A stretch of DNA of 64,000 bases from Promethearchaeota archaeon. GTDB taxonomy: Archaea > Asgardarchaeota > Heimdallarchaeia > Hodarchaeales > Hodarchaeaceae. Numbering within the stretch: the stretch's first letter is position 1; the number at the start of each line of letters is the position of its first letter. Both the position numbers and the translations under genes were made by a program. Positions 47,639-57,446 of this stretch are shown in pieces. Location: positions 128,001-192,000 of the forward strand of contig JBHLMN010000011.1 of assembly GCA_048938105.1 (NCBI GenBank), in the 5' to 3' direction. The notes under the pieces are model-generated. The model ran no database searches. It was not told the origin of the DNA and was given only the letters and a program-made list of their open reading frames with translations.

Positions 47639-48328
47639 ATGATCAGGGATGAACCCATGATAGAATCCATCAGGAAAATGATTCATTTTCTATTATTTTA
47701 CCCAATATATTATTACATTTGGTTTAATTTGCTGGGAAAAGATCTCTTAAAAAATTCGCTATTAATACTTATTATAATAATCTTTTTCGGAATAAACTTG
47801 CTAGATATTGCTATAAGACCAATGAGTGACCCCGAAGAGCTTAAAGATAAATATACTATAATAATATTACTCTTTTTCCTTGGTGGGCCTTTGATTTTGT
47901 TACTAGCGTTTTATGAAAATCAGGCAATCATTTCTCAATATCTACCAATTTATGATAATCTTCTAGTAAGCTATTTGGGAATAATATTAATGATAATAGG
48001 TGGGATAATTATGCTGAGTAGCCGATATTATCTGAATAAGTATAGCTACGGTGGGGGATCATTATCGGAGGAAAAAGAACAGACATTACTCACGAAAGGC
48101 ATGTTTAAAATCATTAGACATCCAATCTATGCAGGAGGATTAATAGTTACAATTGGATTGGAATTGGCTTTTCGAAGCCTGATTATATTATCTCTCCATA
48201 CAATAATTTTTTTTATAATATTTCGTGATCGAATGAAACGTGAAGAAATAGTATTACTCAACAAATTTGGAGACGAATATAGAGAGTATATCAATAAAAC
48301 GAAGAGATTAATACCATACATCTATTAA
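47639..48328 (+). CDS. Isoprenylcysteine carboxyl methyltransferase family membrane protein
   Basis: L.T.G.FKIIRHPIYAG, R...EE..L...FG.EY..Y...T.RLIP.IY. Confidence 0.88.
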   Translation: MIRDEPMIESIRKMIHFLLFYPIYYYIWFNLLGKDLLKNSLLILIIIIFFGINLLDIAIRPMSDPEELKDKYTIIILLFFLGGPLILLLAFYENQAIISQYLPIYDNLLVSYLGIILMIIGGIIMLSSRYYLNKYSYGGGSLSEEKEQTLLTKGMFKIIRHPIYAGGLIVTIGLELAFRSLIILSLHTIIFFIIFRDRMKREEIVLLNKFGDEYREYINKTKRLIPYIY

Positions 48329-48370
48329 ACTTCTACATGCTGTCAGATTGTTTGAGTTGAATACACTGAA

Positions 48371-49153
48371 ATGATGAGGATTCAAAAACTTATAACAACG
48401 ACGATACAACATTTAATGAAATATCCAAACATAGGAAAAGCCTGTGCGAATTTTTTTGGATACATAGAAGTTCCCATATTAGAATTCAGAAGAGTAGTTG
48501 ACAAATATTTCCGGCCAGGATTCTATAATCAAACAAGTCCAGTTTATAGTCGTTTTTATGGAAGTAGAATTATCCCGATCAAGACAGCATTAGAAGGAAC
48601 CTACACTATTTCACCAACAGAAGAAATCCTTGAAATAATTAAGAGAATTCCAGTATTAGCAATAGGTTATTGTTATTGTCGAACGATTTACCAAAATTGT
48701 AATAATCCAAAATGGACTTGTATTCACGTTGGAAAAGCCAAAAAATTATCTGAAATTAGTAAAAAAACACCTCTGAGATCAAGTAATTACGAGGAAGTTG
48801 AAAAAATCCTTCGAAAAGCTGATGAATTAGGTTTGGTTCATCAATTGATTACGGCTCCCAATAAAAATTATTTCTATGTCATTTGTAACTGCTGCCCTTG
48901 TTGTTGCACTGTGTTACGAACCGCCAAACGCATATCTAATAGAAGTATGATAATAAAAAGCCACTTTATTGCAGTCCAGGATGAAAATAAATGTAAAAAC
49001 TGTAAAGTGTGTGTCAGTCGGTGTTATTTTAACGCAAGAGTTATAATTAATGATAAAATGAAGTTTTATCAAGAGAATTGTGTCGGATGTGGATTATGTG
49101 TAAGCTCTTGTAGTCATGATGCGATAGAATTAAAACGACGAAGAAGTATATGA
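48371..49153 (+). CDS. 4Fe-4S binding protein
   Basis: CYCR...C...C, GLVH, ICNCCPCCC, two ferredoxin motifs CKNCKVCVSRC and CVGCGLCVSSC. Confidence 0.9.
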   Translation: MMRIQKLITTTIQHLMKYPNIGKACANFFGYIEVPILEFRRVVDKYFRPGFYNQTSPVYSRFYGSRIIPIKTALEGTYTISPTEEILEIIKRIPVLAIGYCYCRTIYQNCNNPKWTCIHVGKAKKLSEISKKTPLRSSNYEEVEKILRKADELGLVHQLITAPNKNYFYVICNCCPCCCTVLRTAKRISNRSMIIKSHFIAVQDENKCKNCKVCVSRCYFNARVIINDKMKFYQENCVGCGLCVSSCSHDAIELKRRRSI

Positions 49154-49164
49154 AGATGAGCTTA

Positions 49165-49185
49165 AATTCAGCCGAGGGCTGAATT
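49165..49185. terminator. Perfect 9-bp hairpin downstream of the 4Fe-4S gene, between convergent genes
   Basis: AATTCAGCC-gag-GGCTGAATT. Confidence 0.45.
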
Positions 49186-49298
49186 ATCGTTTATTAATTA
49201 TATGGGTGATGAAACATTAGTAACAGTTACAGCCAAGAGAATTTCTGTAATCGAGAAAAGTATTATTTTTGATTTATCTAACTCCTCAAGACGAGAAA

Positions 49299-50117
49299 TT
49301 ATGCCCGATTTTGGAGAGAAGACTGGGAGGAAAGATGTTTTAGTCCCCAGACAATGATCACAATAGCAATTGAAATTCCAGCGGCGGAAAATATGATATT
49401 AATTGCTTCGGAGAACGTGAGGGCGGCACCAAGCATAAGAATGCCTAATCCAATAGCCAAGAAAAATAACGGATCATGAGAGGATTGAAGGGAAAAATAG
49501 TAGGTTAAAATCAAAGCAACTATCACAAAACCAACAGGAAAAATAATGTCTATAGCCCCTTCGATTATCATAGAAAGACCAATTGTGAGAATAGAAAAGG
49601 CAATCGCCACATAAAACGACGGATGACGAGAAGACTCAAGAGAGTAATAATATACAAGAGTCACTCCAACCGCTACAAAACCAGTGGGGAGAATAATATG
49701 AGTAGCGCCTTCAATCATTAAAGAAATCCCAATTGTTAATATACCAAATATAATTGCTATAAAAAAGGAAAAATCACGAGAGGATTGACGGGAGGCGAGA
49801 AAGACACTAGCTATACCAAAGACCATGAACATCAAAGGAAGAACAATATCAATGGAATCAGGAATAAGAGTCGATATGGAAAATGCGATTATACAAATTC
49901 CAGCCGCTAAGGCAACATAATAACTGAGTTGGGTCTTTTGTTGTGGGGACAACCGACGAAATATGAGAGGTTCGCGTACAAGCTGCTGACGGGCTTGTTT
50001 CTTCAATATTTCAGTCTCACTGAGAGCTGATTGAGTAATATGTAAATTACTACCACACACGGAACAAAATATTGATCCATCCTCATTTTTAGAACCACAT
50101 TTTTCACAGAAAACCAT
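49299..50117 (-). CDS. Zinc-ribbon domain membrane protein with ~50-aa two-TM repeats
   Basis: FCEKCGSKNEDGSIFCSVCG; four repeats with 150-bp DNA periodicity (49471/49621/49771). Confidence 0.8.
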   Translation of the reverse strand: MVFCEKCGSKNEDGSIFCSVCGSNLHITQSALSETEILKKQARQQLVREPLIFRRLSPQQKTQLSYYVALAAGICIIAFSISTLIPDSIDIVLPLMFMVFGIASVFLASRQSSRDFSFFIAIIFGILTIGISLMIEGATHIILPTGFVAVGVTLVYYYSLESSRHPSFYVAIAFSILTIGLSMIIEGAIDIIFPVGFVIVALILTYYFSLQSSHDPLFFLAIGLGILMLGAALTFSEAINIIFSAAGISIAIVIIVWGLKHLSSQSSLQNRA

Positions 50118-50388
50118 ATTCAGGACTCCTTACAAGTTATTTCAAGAAATAATAGCTTGAAAAGGTTATATAAGCCACAGTAGACATTAATCAACGTTAA
50201 TTTAAAAGACCTAATTTAAAGGCAATCATAATCCCTCAATTCAATTCTAATACTGAAAAAAGATTATTAAATCATGAATATTCGTCAGATAATTCTGACC
50301 ATATAAGAAATAGTGAAATGAATTCATTTCTTCTATCAAATTCACTACATTTATATAAAAAAAGATCCGTTATTTCGTTAATACTTAT

Positions 50389-51282
50389 ATGGAGGCTAAC
50401 AGTATGAGTAATGATTCTGAAGAAAGAATAAACGAAGATGATATTTCCATCATTAGAGTATTTATTACCAAACATTCACTCATTTTATTCTTTCTCCTAA
50501 GTTATCTACTCATGTTTCTACCCGTAGTCTTAATATTTTTTAGATTTTTACCTCTTTTAGATTCATTGTTTTTCTTAATTGCAATATGGAGTCCAACAAT
50601 TTCCGCTGTATTTCTTATAGGAATAATTAATGGCCAGATTGGCATCAGGAAGCTTTTCAATGGATGGTTCATTTGGAAAGTTTCCTTGTTCTGGTATTTT
50701 GCTGCTGTTATACTTATTCTAGGACCATTTATTGTTGCATTAATTACTATTCTCTTGGGGGAGGAACCAACAGGAATAGATCCAAGTATGACCATACCTA
50801 CATTAGTGCTAGCTTTGATAGTTACTATTCACAACGGCCCTTTGTGTGAAGAAACAGGTTGGCGAGGTTTCGCTCTACCAAAAATAGAATCAAGGTATGG
50901 AGCTCTGGGAGCTAGCGTTATTTTAGGAATTTTATGGGCATTTTGGCATCTCCCATTATATTTAATCGAGGAGCGAATAAATTTCGTTATATTTGTGCCA
51001 TTATGTTTAGCAATTACAATATTAATGACTTGGGCTTATAACAATACAAATGGGAGTCTATTTATTACATTTCTATTCCATTTTTGCTTTAATTTTAGTG
51101 CTGGCTGGATTACAGGCTATTTAGGCTTAATGGAACCAATGCTGTATTATATTAGCGGAGGAGTAATGATTTCAATATATGTTATTTTGATTATCCTAGT
51201 TGAAAAACCTGCTAAGTTCTCAAGAAAACCAGCTTCAGAACTACCATTTTTATTTGATACGAATTTATTAGGATCTTTCTGA
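50389..51282 (+). CDS. CPBP (Abi/Rce1-like) intramembrane glutamic protease
   Basis: EETGWRGFALP, WAFWHLP, NNTNGSL...FH...N. Confidence 0.92.
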   Translation: MEANSMSNDSEERINEDDISIIRVFITKHSLILFFLLSYLLMFLPVVLIFFRFLPLLDSLFFLIAIWSPTISAVFLIGIINGQIGIRKLFNGWFIWKVSLFWYFAAVILILGPFIVALITILLGEEPTGIDPSMTIPTLVLALIVTIHNGPLCEETGWRGFALPKIESRYGALGASVILGILWAFWHLPLYLIEERINFVIFVPLCLAITILMTWAYNNTNGSLFITFLFHFCFNFSAGWITGYLGLMEPMLYYISGGVMISIYVILIILVEKPAKFSRKPASELPFLFDTNLLGSF

Positions 51283-51368
51283 GGAATTTTTGTTTCTAAC
51301 ATGATATATACTGTAGATACACTTCCTGTTAGCAAGGAAATCTGAGCTTTCCCCTACAATAAAAAGGA

Positions 51369-51692
51369 TCAATCACGTTCGGCCTTTGATAGTTCCAAAG
51401 CAGTGCCTCGAATGCAATAATAGTCCCAGCGGAGAGACATAGTCTTTGTTATAGGGCATTGACCGCATAAACAGCCCTTTTGCTCCTTTATGACCGAGCT
51501 TTTCCCTAAAGCACAAAATGCGAGAGCTGTTTCTCCTGTTCCTTGATTGGTTGGGCATTTACTGCAATAATCTTTGCAGATATACAATACATTCTCAGAT
51601 GCTCTCTCCCGATCTGTATCAGACATAACAGCCAACATCTTAAATTTCTCTTCAAATGTGGCTGTAGGGAATCTTTCATCGTTATTTGTCAT
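51369..51692 (-). CDS. DUF2769 domain Cys-rich protein
   Basis: C...C..CPT...FC..GKS...GCLC..CPI...L...YYC..G. Confidence 0.8.
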   Translation of the reverse strand: MTNNDERFPTATFEEKFKMLAVMSDTDRERASENVLYICKDYCSKCPTNQGTGETALAFCALGKSSVIKEQKGCLCGQCPITKTMSLRWDYYCIRGTALELSKAERD

Positions 51693-51793
51693 TTAAAACA
51701 CTCATTTTTAATCAGGTCGAAATATATCTTTCTAAACATGAAAATATACCTTTAAACAAAGAAACCAAACTTATAGACGAGAATAGTGATTGC

Positions 51794-51815
51794 TTTCACA
51801 TGAATTCGTGTGAAA
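51794..51815. promoter_or_regulatory. Near-perfect 22-bp palindrome (candidate metal-regulator operator)
   Basis: TTTCACATGAATTCGTGTGAAA, between divergent DUF2769 and CDF-like genes. Confidence 0.45.
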
Positions 51816-51931
51816 ATTTAAATGGATTTGTCATGAACAAATCTTGCATATGAATGAAACTATACTATTCATAAGTTATCATATCTTTCTGTGAAATATA
51901 CTTATTTATCTAAAAGAAAAGGGATGTCTGT

Positions 51932-53665
51932 TTGTTGTTGAAAGAGATATGGCAAACGTCTTATTTACGCCCGATTTTGATTTATTTAATCATTTCTGTT
52001 AGTATAATTACAATTGAGATAATATTCATAGGTGAAATCTTTTGGGGATTTTGGATATCTTGGTTAGGGTCATTTTTTGTTGCACGCTATGCATTAAAAG
52101 CCCTAGATGAACTGTTCAATCAATTTCATGTTACAAATAAACTCAGGAATTTAATAAATCCCTGGATGTTTGCGATTGTTGTATTCATATATTTCAGTTT
52201 GATTACTTTTACTGGATATTTTACTGGAACTGAAGGATCTGCTGCTATTATCAGTAACGTTCTTCTTATGATTTTTATTTTTTTAATAATTATTTCTATT
52301 AATCCAGCAATCCGGATATTTGCAGTAGCATTTCATCGACGGAAGACTGAAATTTTTCCCATTAATCGAATCGAATATGCTGCCATGCGCTGTTTAAAAA
52401 CTGGTGATTACAGTTTTCTGAATTTAAAGAAAAAACTGAAAAATATTTTCAATATTTTCATTCCAAACTTGTATTTTGACGATGAGACATCAGCAGCAGC
52501 GATTTATCATTTATGTGGCCTTCGGTATGCTGACATTAAAGATAATATTGTTTCATTAACTCAAGATGGAAAAGAACAAATTTTAATCTGGGAAGAGACA
52601 TTAGAAACACACGATGAAGGTTTTAAAAGGATATTAAATAGTCAAAGTGTTTTAATCAGATCTTTCACATTTTTGTTAGCCCTAAGCCTTCTAAAGATCT
52701 TTATTGGCTTTTTCAATTCAGAATCATTATTCGTTGATGGATTTGAGAATTTCCTCGATGTTATAGCAGTAGTTTTAATTAGTTTAGGTATTAAATACGA
52801 TAAAGAGAAAATGGTAAACATCATTATTGCTGGACTAATGTCATTTACAGCGATAACGCTTTTTTATGATTCTTTCTTATTGTTATTTCAGCCAGAACCT
52901 ATTTCTAATTCAATTATTATTATTAGTATTTCTATCATTTCGATTTTTTTGAATACATACCTTCGTACTTTAAAAAATTTCGTAGGGAAAAAGAATCGTA
53001 ACTCCTCTCTTGTTGCTAGTGCCATTGATAGTAAAATTAATATTTATATATCTCTAGGTGTGATAATAGGGGCTTTATGCTCAGATTTTGGAACATCCTT
53101 TAATATTCCCGAACTTTATTACTTAGACGCCATAATAGCAATTATTATTACGTTCTTTATTGTGAAGGAGGTCTTTGAGATTATTACAGAATTCATAACA
53201 GGACAAGAAGAGGAGATAGATTATGAGAGTTTTCAAATGAGATATGAACAGACGTTTGAGGAATATATCAGTAAATGGATAATATCAATCCTTTATAAGG
53301 GCGAAGATGGTGAATTTTCACCTGAGCGATTAAATCAGCACTTTCAAAATTCATTGAAAAAAGGCGAAGAGATATATTCGGACTTCGCTCACTTTGGGTT
53401 ATACATTTTTCAGGAAAAAGGGATAGGCTTTATAATCAACAAATTACTTGATCAGAAGTTAATTAATTTATCACAAGAAAAAAAATTAGCAATTACTGAG
53501 AAAGGTAAGTATTTGTACAAAGAATTTTATTCTAAACAACTTATAGAGGATATAGTAGATCCTTTTGATTTTTTCTTTGAATATGAGTACGATATTAGTA
53601 ATTTATTTAAAAGAAAGAAAGAAGTTCAAACGAAATTTGGAACACAGATCCCTGTAACATCTTAG
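51932..53665 (+). CDS. Cation diffusion facilitator-like transporter with extra TM and wHTH-like domains
   Basis: LKIFIGFFNSESLFVDGFENFLD, SSLVASAIDS, YLDAIIAIII (CDF TM core) flanked by SLTQDGK and AITEKGK wing-like segments. Confidence 0.7.
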   Translation: MLLKEIWQTSYLRPILIYLIISVSIITIEIIFIGEIFWGFWISWLGSFFVARYALKALDELFNQFHVTNKLRNLINPWMFAIVVFIYFSLITFTGYFTGTEGSAAIISNVLLMIFIFLIIISINPAIRIFAVAFHRRKTEIFPINRIEYAAMRCLKTGDYSFLNLKKKLKNIFNIFIPNLYFDDETSAAAIYHLCGLRYADIKDNIVSLTQDGKEQILIWEETLETHDEGFKRILNSQSVLIRSFTFLLALSLLKIFIGFFNSESLFVDGFENFLDVIAVVLISLGIKYDKEKMVNIIIAGLMSFTAITLFYDSFLLLFQPEPISNSIIIISISIISIFLNTYLRTLKNFVGKKNRNSSLVASAIDSKINIYISLGVIIGALCSDFGTSFNIPELYYLDAIIAIIITFFIVKEVFEIITEFITGQEEEIDYESFQMRYEQTFEEYISKWIISILYKGEDGEFSPERLNQHFQNSLKKGEEIYSDFAHFGLYIFQEKGIGFIINKLLDQKLINLSQEKKLAITEKGKYLYKEFYSKQLIEDIVDPFDFFFEYEYDISNLFKRKKEVQTKFGTQIPVTS

Positions 53666-53746
53666 TTCAGTCAATGGAGCGATTATATAAAGTAAAAGAT
53701 AGAAATATTAAATTAACAGTCTCAAACCTTTTAGAAATGATGGAAT

Positions 53747-54700
53747 ATGACCCCTGAAATTACTCCCTCTGAGCCAGAAATTGATAAGGTTGAATTAGAA
53801 AAAAAGGGTTTAGCTTTCTACAACTGGGCAAAAAAGAATATTAAGAAACAACAACACAAGTCCACAATCTCCAAGTATAAAAGAGGATTAGAGTGGGATG
53901 AAAAACAATTAAATGGAACTGAAACTGTAGAAGATATTAATTCGGAATTTACTCCTAAGAAGACAATAATAGACATTAAAGAAAAACGATTTCGAACACG
54001 ATTTTCGCATTTCTCACTTCGTACATTACTTCCAACGATAAGTCTTTCTATTGCTATTACTGCTCCAATCACTTTTCCTTGGTTATTTGAATTCATAATA
54101 CCCGATATATTGACAATTATCCCGCCTTTTCTGGCAAATATTATAAAAGATATAATTAATTTCATTCAGTCCTTTCTGACGATGTTCTCTTGGGTTGAAC
54201 CAATAATTGATTTCTTCATGCAGATTGCAGCTACTTTTAATCCATTTTTGGTTTATATGGCTATAATGTATATTCTAAACTCAACAGAAATTGTACATGA
54301 TGAACATTATGAAGACCCACTAGCTGATCCTTCTAATATACCTTCATCAGCAGATTTTTTCGCTTCTGACTTTCAAATGAAATTTAATTTGAGTTTCTCT
54401 GAGATTGCAGTTTTCCTTTTTCTAATCTCATTCTTTATTTCATTGTTTTTAGTAATAAGACGAGAAAAATGGTTATTGTATGAATTTTTAACTACAAAAG
54501 ACGAAAATAAATATTTGGAAGAGATTGAAAAAGCTTTTATTGGTTACTATAAGGATAAAGGGTATGAGGAAGTCAACTACATCAAAAGTAGATTCTCTGA
54601 ATCACCAAAATTGAATTTTCTTGCCTATTTAGTGAAATTCAGTCCAATTTTTTCCTTTGTTATTCCAGTAGTATTAGCAGTAATCTTTTTGATTCTCTAA
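53747..54700 (+). CDS. Hypothetical membrane protein
   Basis: 317-aa ORF with a charged N-terminus and 4-5 hydrophobic segments. Confidence 0.65.
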   Translation: MTPEITPSEPEIDKVELEKKGLAFYNWAKKNIKKQQHKSTISKYKRGLEWDEKQLNGTETVEDINSEFTPKKTIIDIKEKRFRTRFSHFSLRTLLPTISLSIAITAPITFPWLFEFIIPDILTIIPPFLANIIKDIINFIQSFLTMFSWVEPIIDFFMQIAATFNPFLVYMAIMYILNSTEIVHDEHYEDPLADPSNIPSSADFFASDFQMKFNLSFSEIAVFLFLISFFISLFLVIRREKWLLYEFLTTKDENKYLEEIEKAFIGYYKDKGYEEVNYIKSRFSESPKLNFLAYLVKFSPIFSFVIPVVLAVIFLIL

Positions 54701-55103
54701 TAGTAGTAAGAAAACAGGGAAAAGACTTGATATGAGGGTACTCAACTTTAGGTTAACATATAGGAAGTCGTGATAGCTAAAATTATACCAGAGAGAAAGA
54801 TGAAGTGAGTCCTAATCATATAACAGACCTATATAAGAGATAACAATTCCAGTGGCAATGAAAAATCCAGAAAAAAGATTAGCTTAACAGTTTTTACCAA
54901 ACTTTAATCTAGTTTTGCTAAGTTGTCTGATAACTCTTCTTGTTTATATTCATTAAGCAATCTAGGTATGAATCTCCATTTCTTTTACCTTAGTTCTAGT
55001 ATGAATAGATTTTAAGCTGGAAAAATGAGTATTCTTGTGGATTCCTGAAGTTTTTTTCCAATCTGAATCAGCTTTTAATTCAATGACCTGAAAGTCGTAT
55101 GCT

Positions 55104-55628
55104 TCAATTTACTTTATTATTAATAATTGTATTTACTAGTAAGGCTAATTTATGAAAAGCCTTCTCCACATTTTCACCTGTCAGAGCTGAAGTACTGAAG
55201 TGATCTCCAATATTTGAATGATGTTTTAAAAAATCCTTCACATCATGATATGAGACTGCCACCGATTCTCTCAAATCTACTTTATTTCCGATCAGAATTA
55301 AAGGAATTTCCCCTGCAACGTCTTGGATATCCTCTATCCATGAGGCTCGAAGATTATCTAGAGTTTTAGGTAATGTGAGGTCGAATACCAAGAAAGCCCC
55401 TTGTGTGCCATTGAAAAATCTTTGTCGAAATTTGCGAAACGATGTCTGGCCTGCGACATCCCAGATTTGTAACAATACTTCATAATTATCGACAATTAAC
55501 TGCTTTATATATATTTTAACACCTATTGTTGCTTTGTAATCACCTGTAAAGTATCCAGTAACAAAACGATTGATTAATGAGGTCTTACCAACACCTTCAT
55601 CTCCCGCTAGTACGATTTTATAGTTCAT
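55104..55628 (-). CDS. Rab-like small GTPase
   Basis: G1 GDEGVGKT, G2 YKATIG, G3 WDVAGQ, G4 NKVD, G5 TSAL. Confidence 0.93.
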   Translation of the reverse strand: MNYKIVLAGDEGVGKTSLINRFVTGYFTGDYKATIGVKIYIKQLIVDNYEVLLQIWDVAGQTSFRKFRQRFFNGTQGAFLVFDLTLPKTLDNLRASWIEDIQDVAGEIPLILIGNKVDLRESVAVSYHDVKDFLKHHSNIGDHFSTSALTGENVEKAFHKLALLVNTIINNKVN

Positions 55629-55986
55629 TATAATCCCCTTACATTCATTTAACGATTCTCAGAAGTTGTCTAATCTTCTCATCACCATATCTAAACTGAA
55701 TTTCATTTTATTAAACTATTTTTCATTTGTTTAAAATGTAATTACAAAAATCCAAACAAATAGCCTTTATAACATCTCCAGTTAATTCTTATGCTGAAAG
55801 AACATCGTTTATCAATCAACCTTCTATACACTAATATAATCTTGAGTTATATGACTACTTCTGTATGTTTTGACTTAAATTATAACATATATCCCAAAAT
55901 GTTAGGTATTAAATAACACATTTGTATGAATATCATAATCAGATATAAGATTTGCAGAAAAATAACTCTAGATAAAAAAATTCGCT

Positions 55987-56403
55987 CTATATATTCTTAA
56001 ACTTTCTCGCAGTTAAGACAAGCTCCTTAATGTCGGATGGTAATTTTTTATTTTGCCGTGATGTTTCTTCAACCGCTGATTTACCAACATTTTTCGCAGC
56101 TTTCAAAGCATATAAGACTGCTACTAATGAATGGTCTGCCATATGAGCAGTAGCAACAATGTGTCCAACAGAACGTGCTACTGTGATTGCTCCTAATGAA
56201 GCTTTTTGCGTCACCCACAGAAGTATTTCCTCGAATCCACCCCTTAGCCACATTTAGAGCTTTATTTAGTCTTTCATCTATTTTTTCACCGAAAAAATAC
56301 AATACATGCTCTGCACAATCGCATACCCATTTAATTAAATGATCATGCTGCGTTTTTTTAGAGGCCCACCGCGATGTTTTGCACTAAATCGTTTATCTCG
56401 CAT
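55987..56403 (-). pseudogene. Imm5-like putative immunity protein, two frameshifts
   Basis: MRDKRFSAKHRGGPLKK / QHDHLIKWVCDCAEHVL...ERL..AL.VAK.W..G..SVGDA / KASLGAI.VARSVGH.VATAHMADH. The shifts lie in the A7 (56353-56359) and A5 (56203-56207) runs. Confidence 0.75.
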
Positions 56404-56469
56404 TTTCGCTTTTCTCTGCTTCGTTTCCAATACCGTTAAATCTTTTAAAATTAGGTATAATCTTAATTA

Positions 56470-57249
56470 ATGAGAGTGTTTAAAGTGACCGTTAGTAAAC
56501 CTAGAATGTTTCTTAAATTATTAAGATTATGGTTATGGTCCATCCTAAAACGAGGCTGGTACCTCCCAGAGATTTCAGAAATTACTGCTGATGAGCTATT
56601 CGATCGCATGAATTCTAATAGTCTTCCATTATTATTTGATCTTCGGGATCAAGTAGAATTTTATGGTAATGGAGAATACAAATATGAAAAATATGGACAC
56701 ATACCGAATTCTAAATGGATCCGCCTTATGGAACTCTCATCCCAACTCAAGGAGCTTCAAGAATTTAAAAACAATGAAATAGTCACGATTTGTCAGGGTG
56801 GAGGGATGTCTTTGGTAGCAGTCCAAATTATGGTTGAAGCAGGATTTACTGATGTTAAGAGTTTAAAGGGCGGAATTAAAGGTTGGAAAAAGCAAGGATA
56901 TCCCCTTATTAGAACAACTGAAGATGTACTTCACCTTGCGGATATTAAAATTGGTTCTTTCCAAGAGAATTCTAAAATAATTGAAGAAAATCTCCCTTTG
57001 GGTATAAAATATAGTGGTCAAGTCGATTATAGTATAGATGCTCGTGGTTTAAGCTGTCCTCAGCCTATTATGAGATCTGTAAAAGTGATGAGGAAACTAA
57101 AAATTGGTCAAGTCTTTGAAATTCTAACAACTGATCCTGGTAGTAAAGCTGATATTCCTGCTTGGATCCGTTCTACTGGACAAGAACTCTTATCATTTGA
57201 AGAATTTGATACTAAAGAATTCCGTTTTCTTGTTAAGCGAATGAAATAA
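56470..57249 (+). CDS. Rhodanese-TusA fusion sulfurtransferase
   Basis: DLR...GHIP, active-site ICQGGGMS, LKGGI..W; TusA DARGLSCPQP...TTDPGS..DIPAW. Confidence 0.9.
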   Translation: MRVFKVTVSKPRMFLKLLRLWLWSILKRGWYLPEISEITADELFDRMNSNSLPLLFDLRDQVEFYGNGEYKYEKYGHIPNSKWIRLMELSSQLKELQEFKNNEIVTICQGGGMSLVAVQIMVEAGFTDVKSLKGGIKGWKKQGYPLIRTTEDVLHLADIKIGSFQENSKIIEENLPLGIKYSGQVDYSIDARGLSCPQPIMRSVKVMRKLKIGQVFEILTTDPGSKADIPAWIRSTGQELLSFEEFDTKEFRFLVKRMK

Positions 57250-57446
57250 AAGTAAAAATCAATTGGTAGTGTGAAAATCTTACTATCTTAAGATATAACA
57301 TGATCAATTTCTTATCACAGAGTCAATGTTAAACAATTAGAATAAATCCCTAAAAAGTATGTTATGGCGATGTTACGTACTCATTAACCACCCAAAAAGT
57401 ATAGGGATAAAGAGAGAGAAAAAGTAGCAACCAAGGGGATCAATAC

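Noticed and set aside
54800-55100. Decayed membrane-protein gene downstream of the first GTPase
   Set aside because: Short minus-strand fragments (e.g. LFSGFFIATGIVISYIGLLYD) are interrupted by stops and cannot be assigned to a family.
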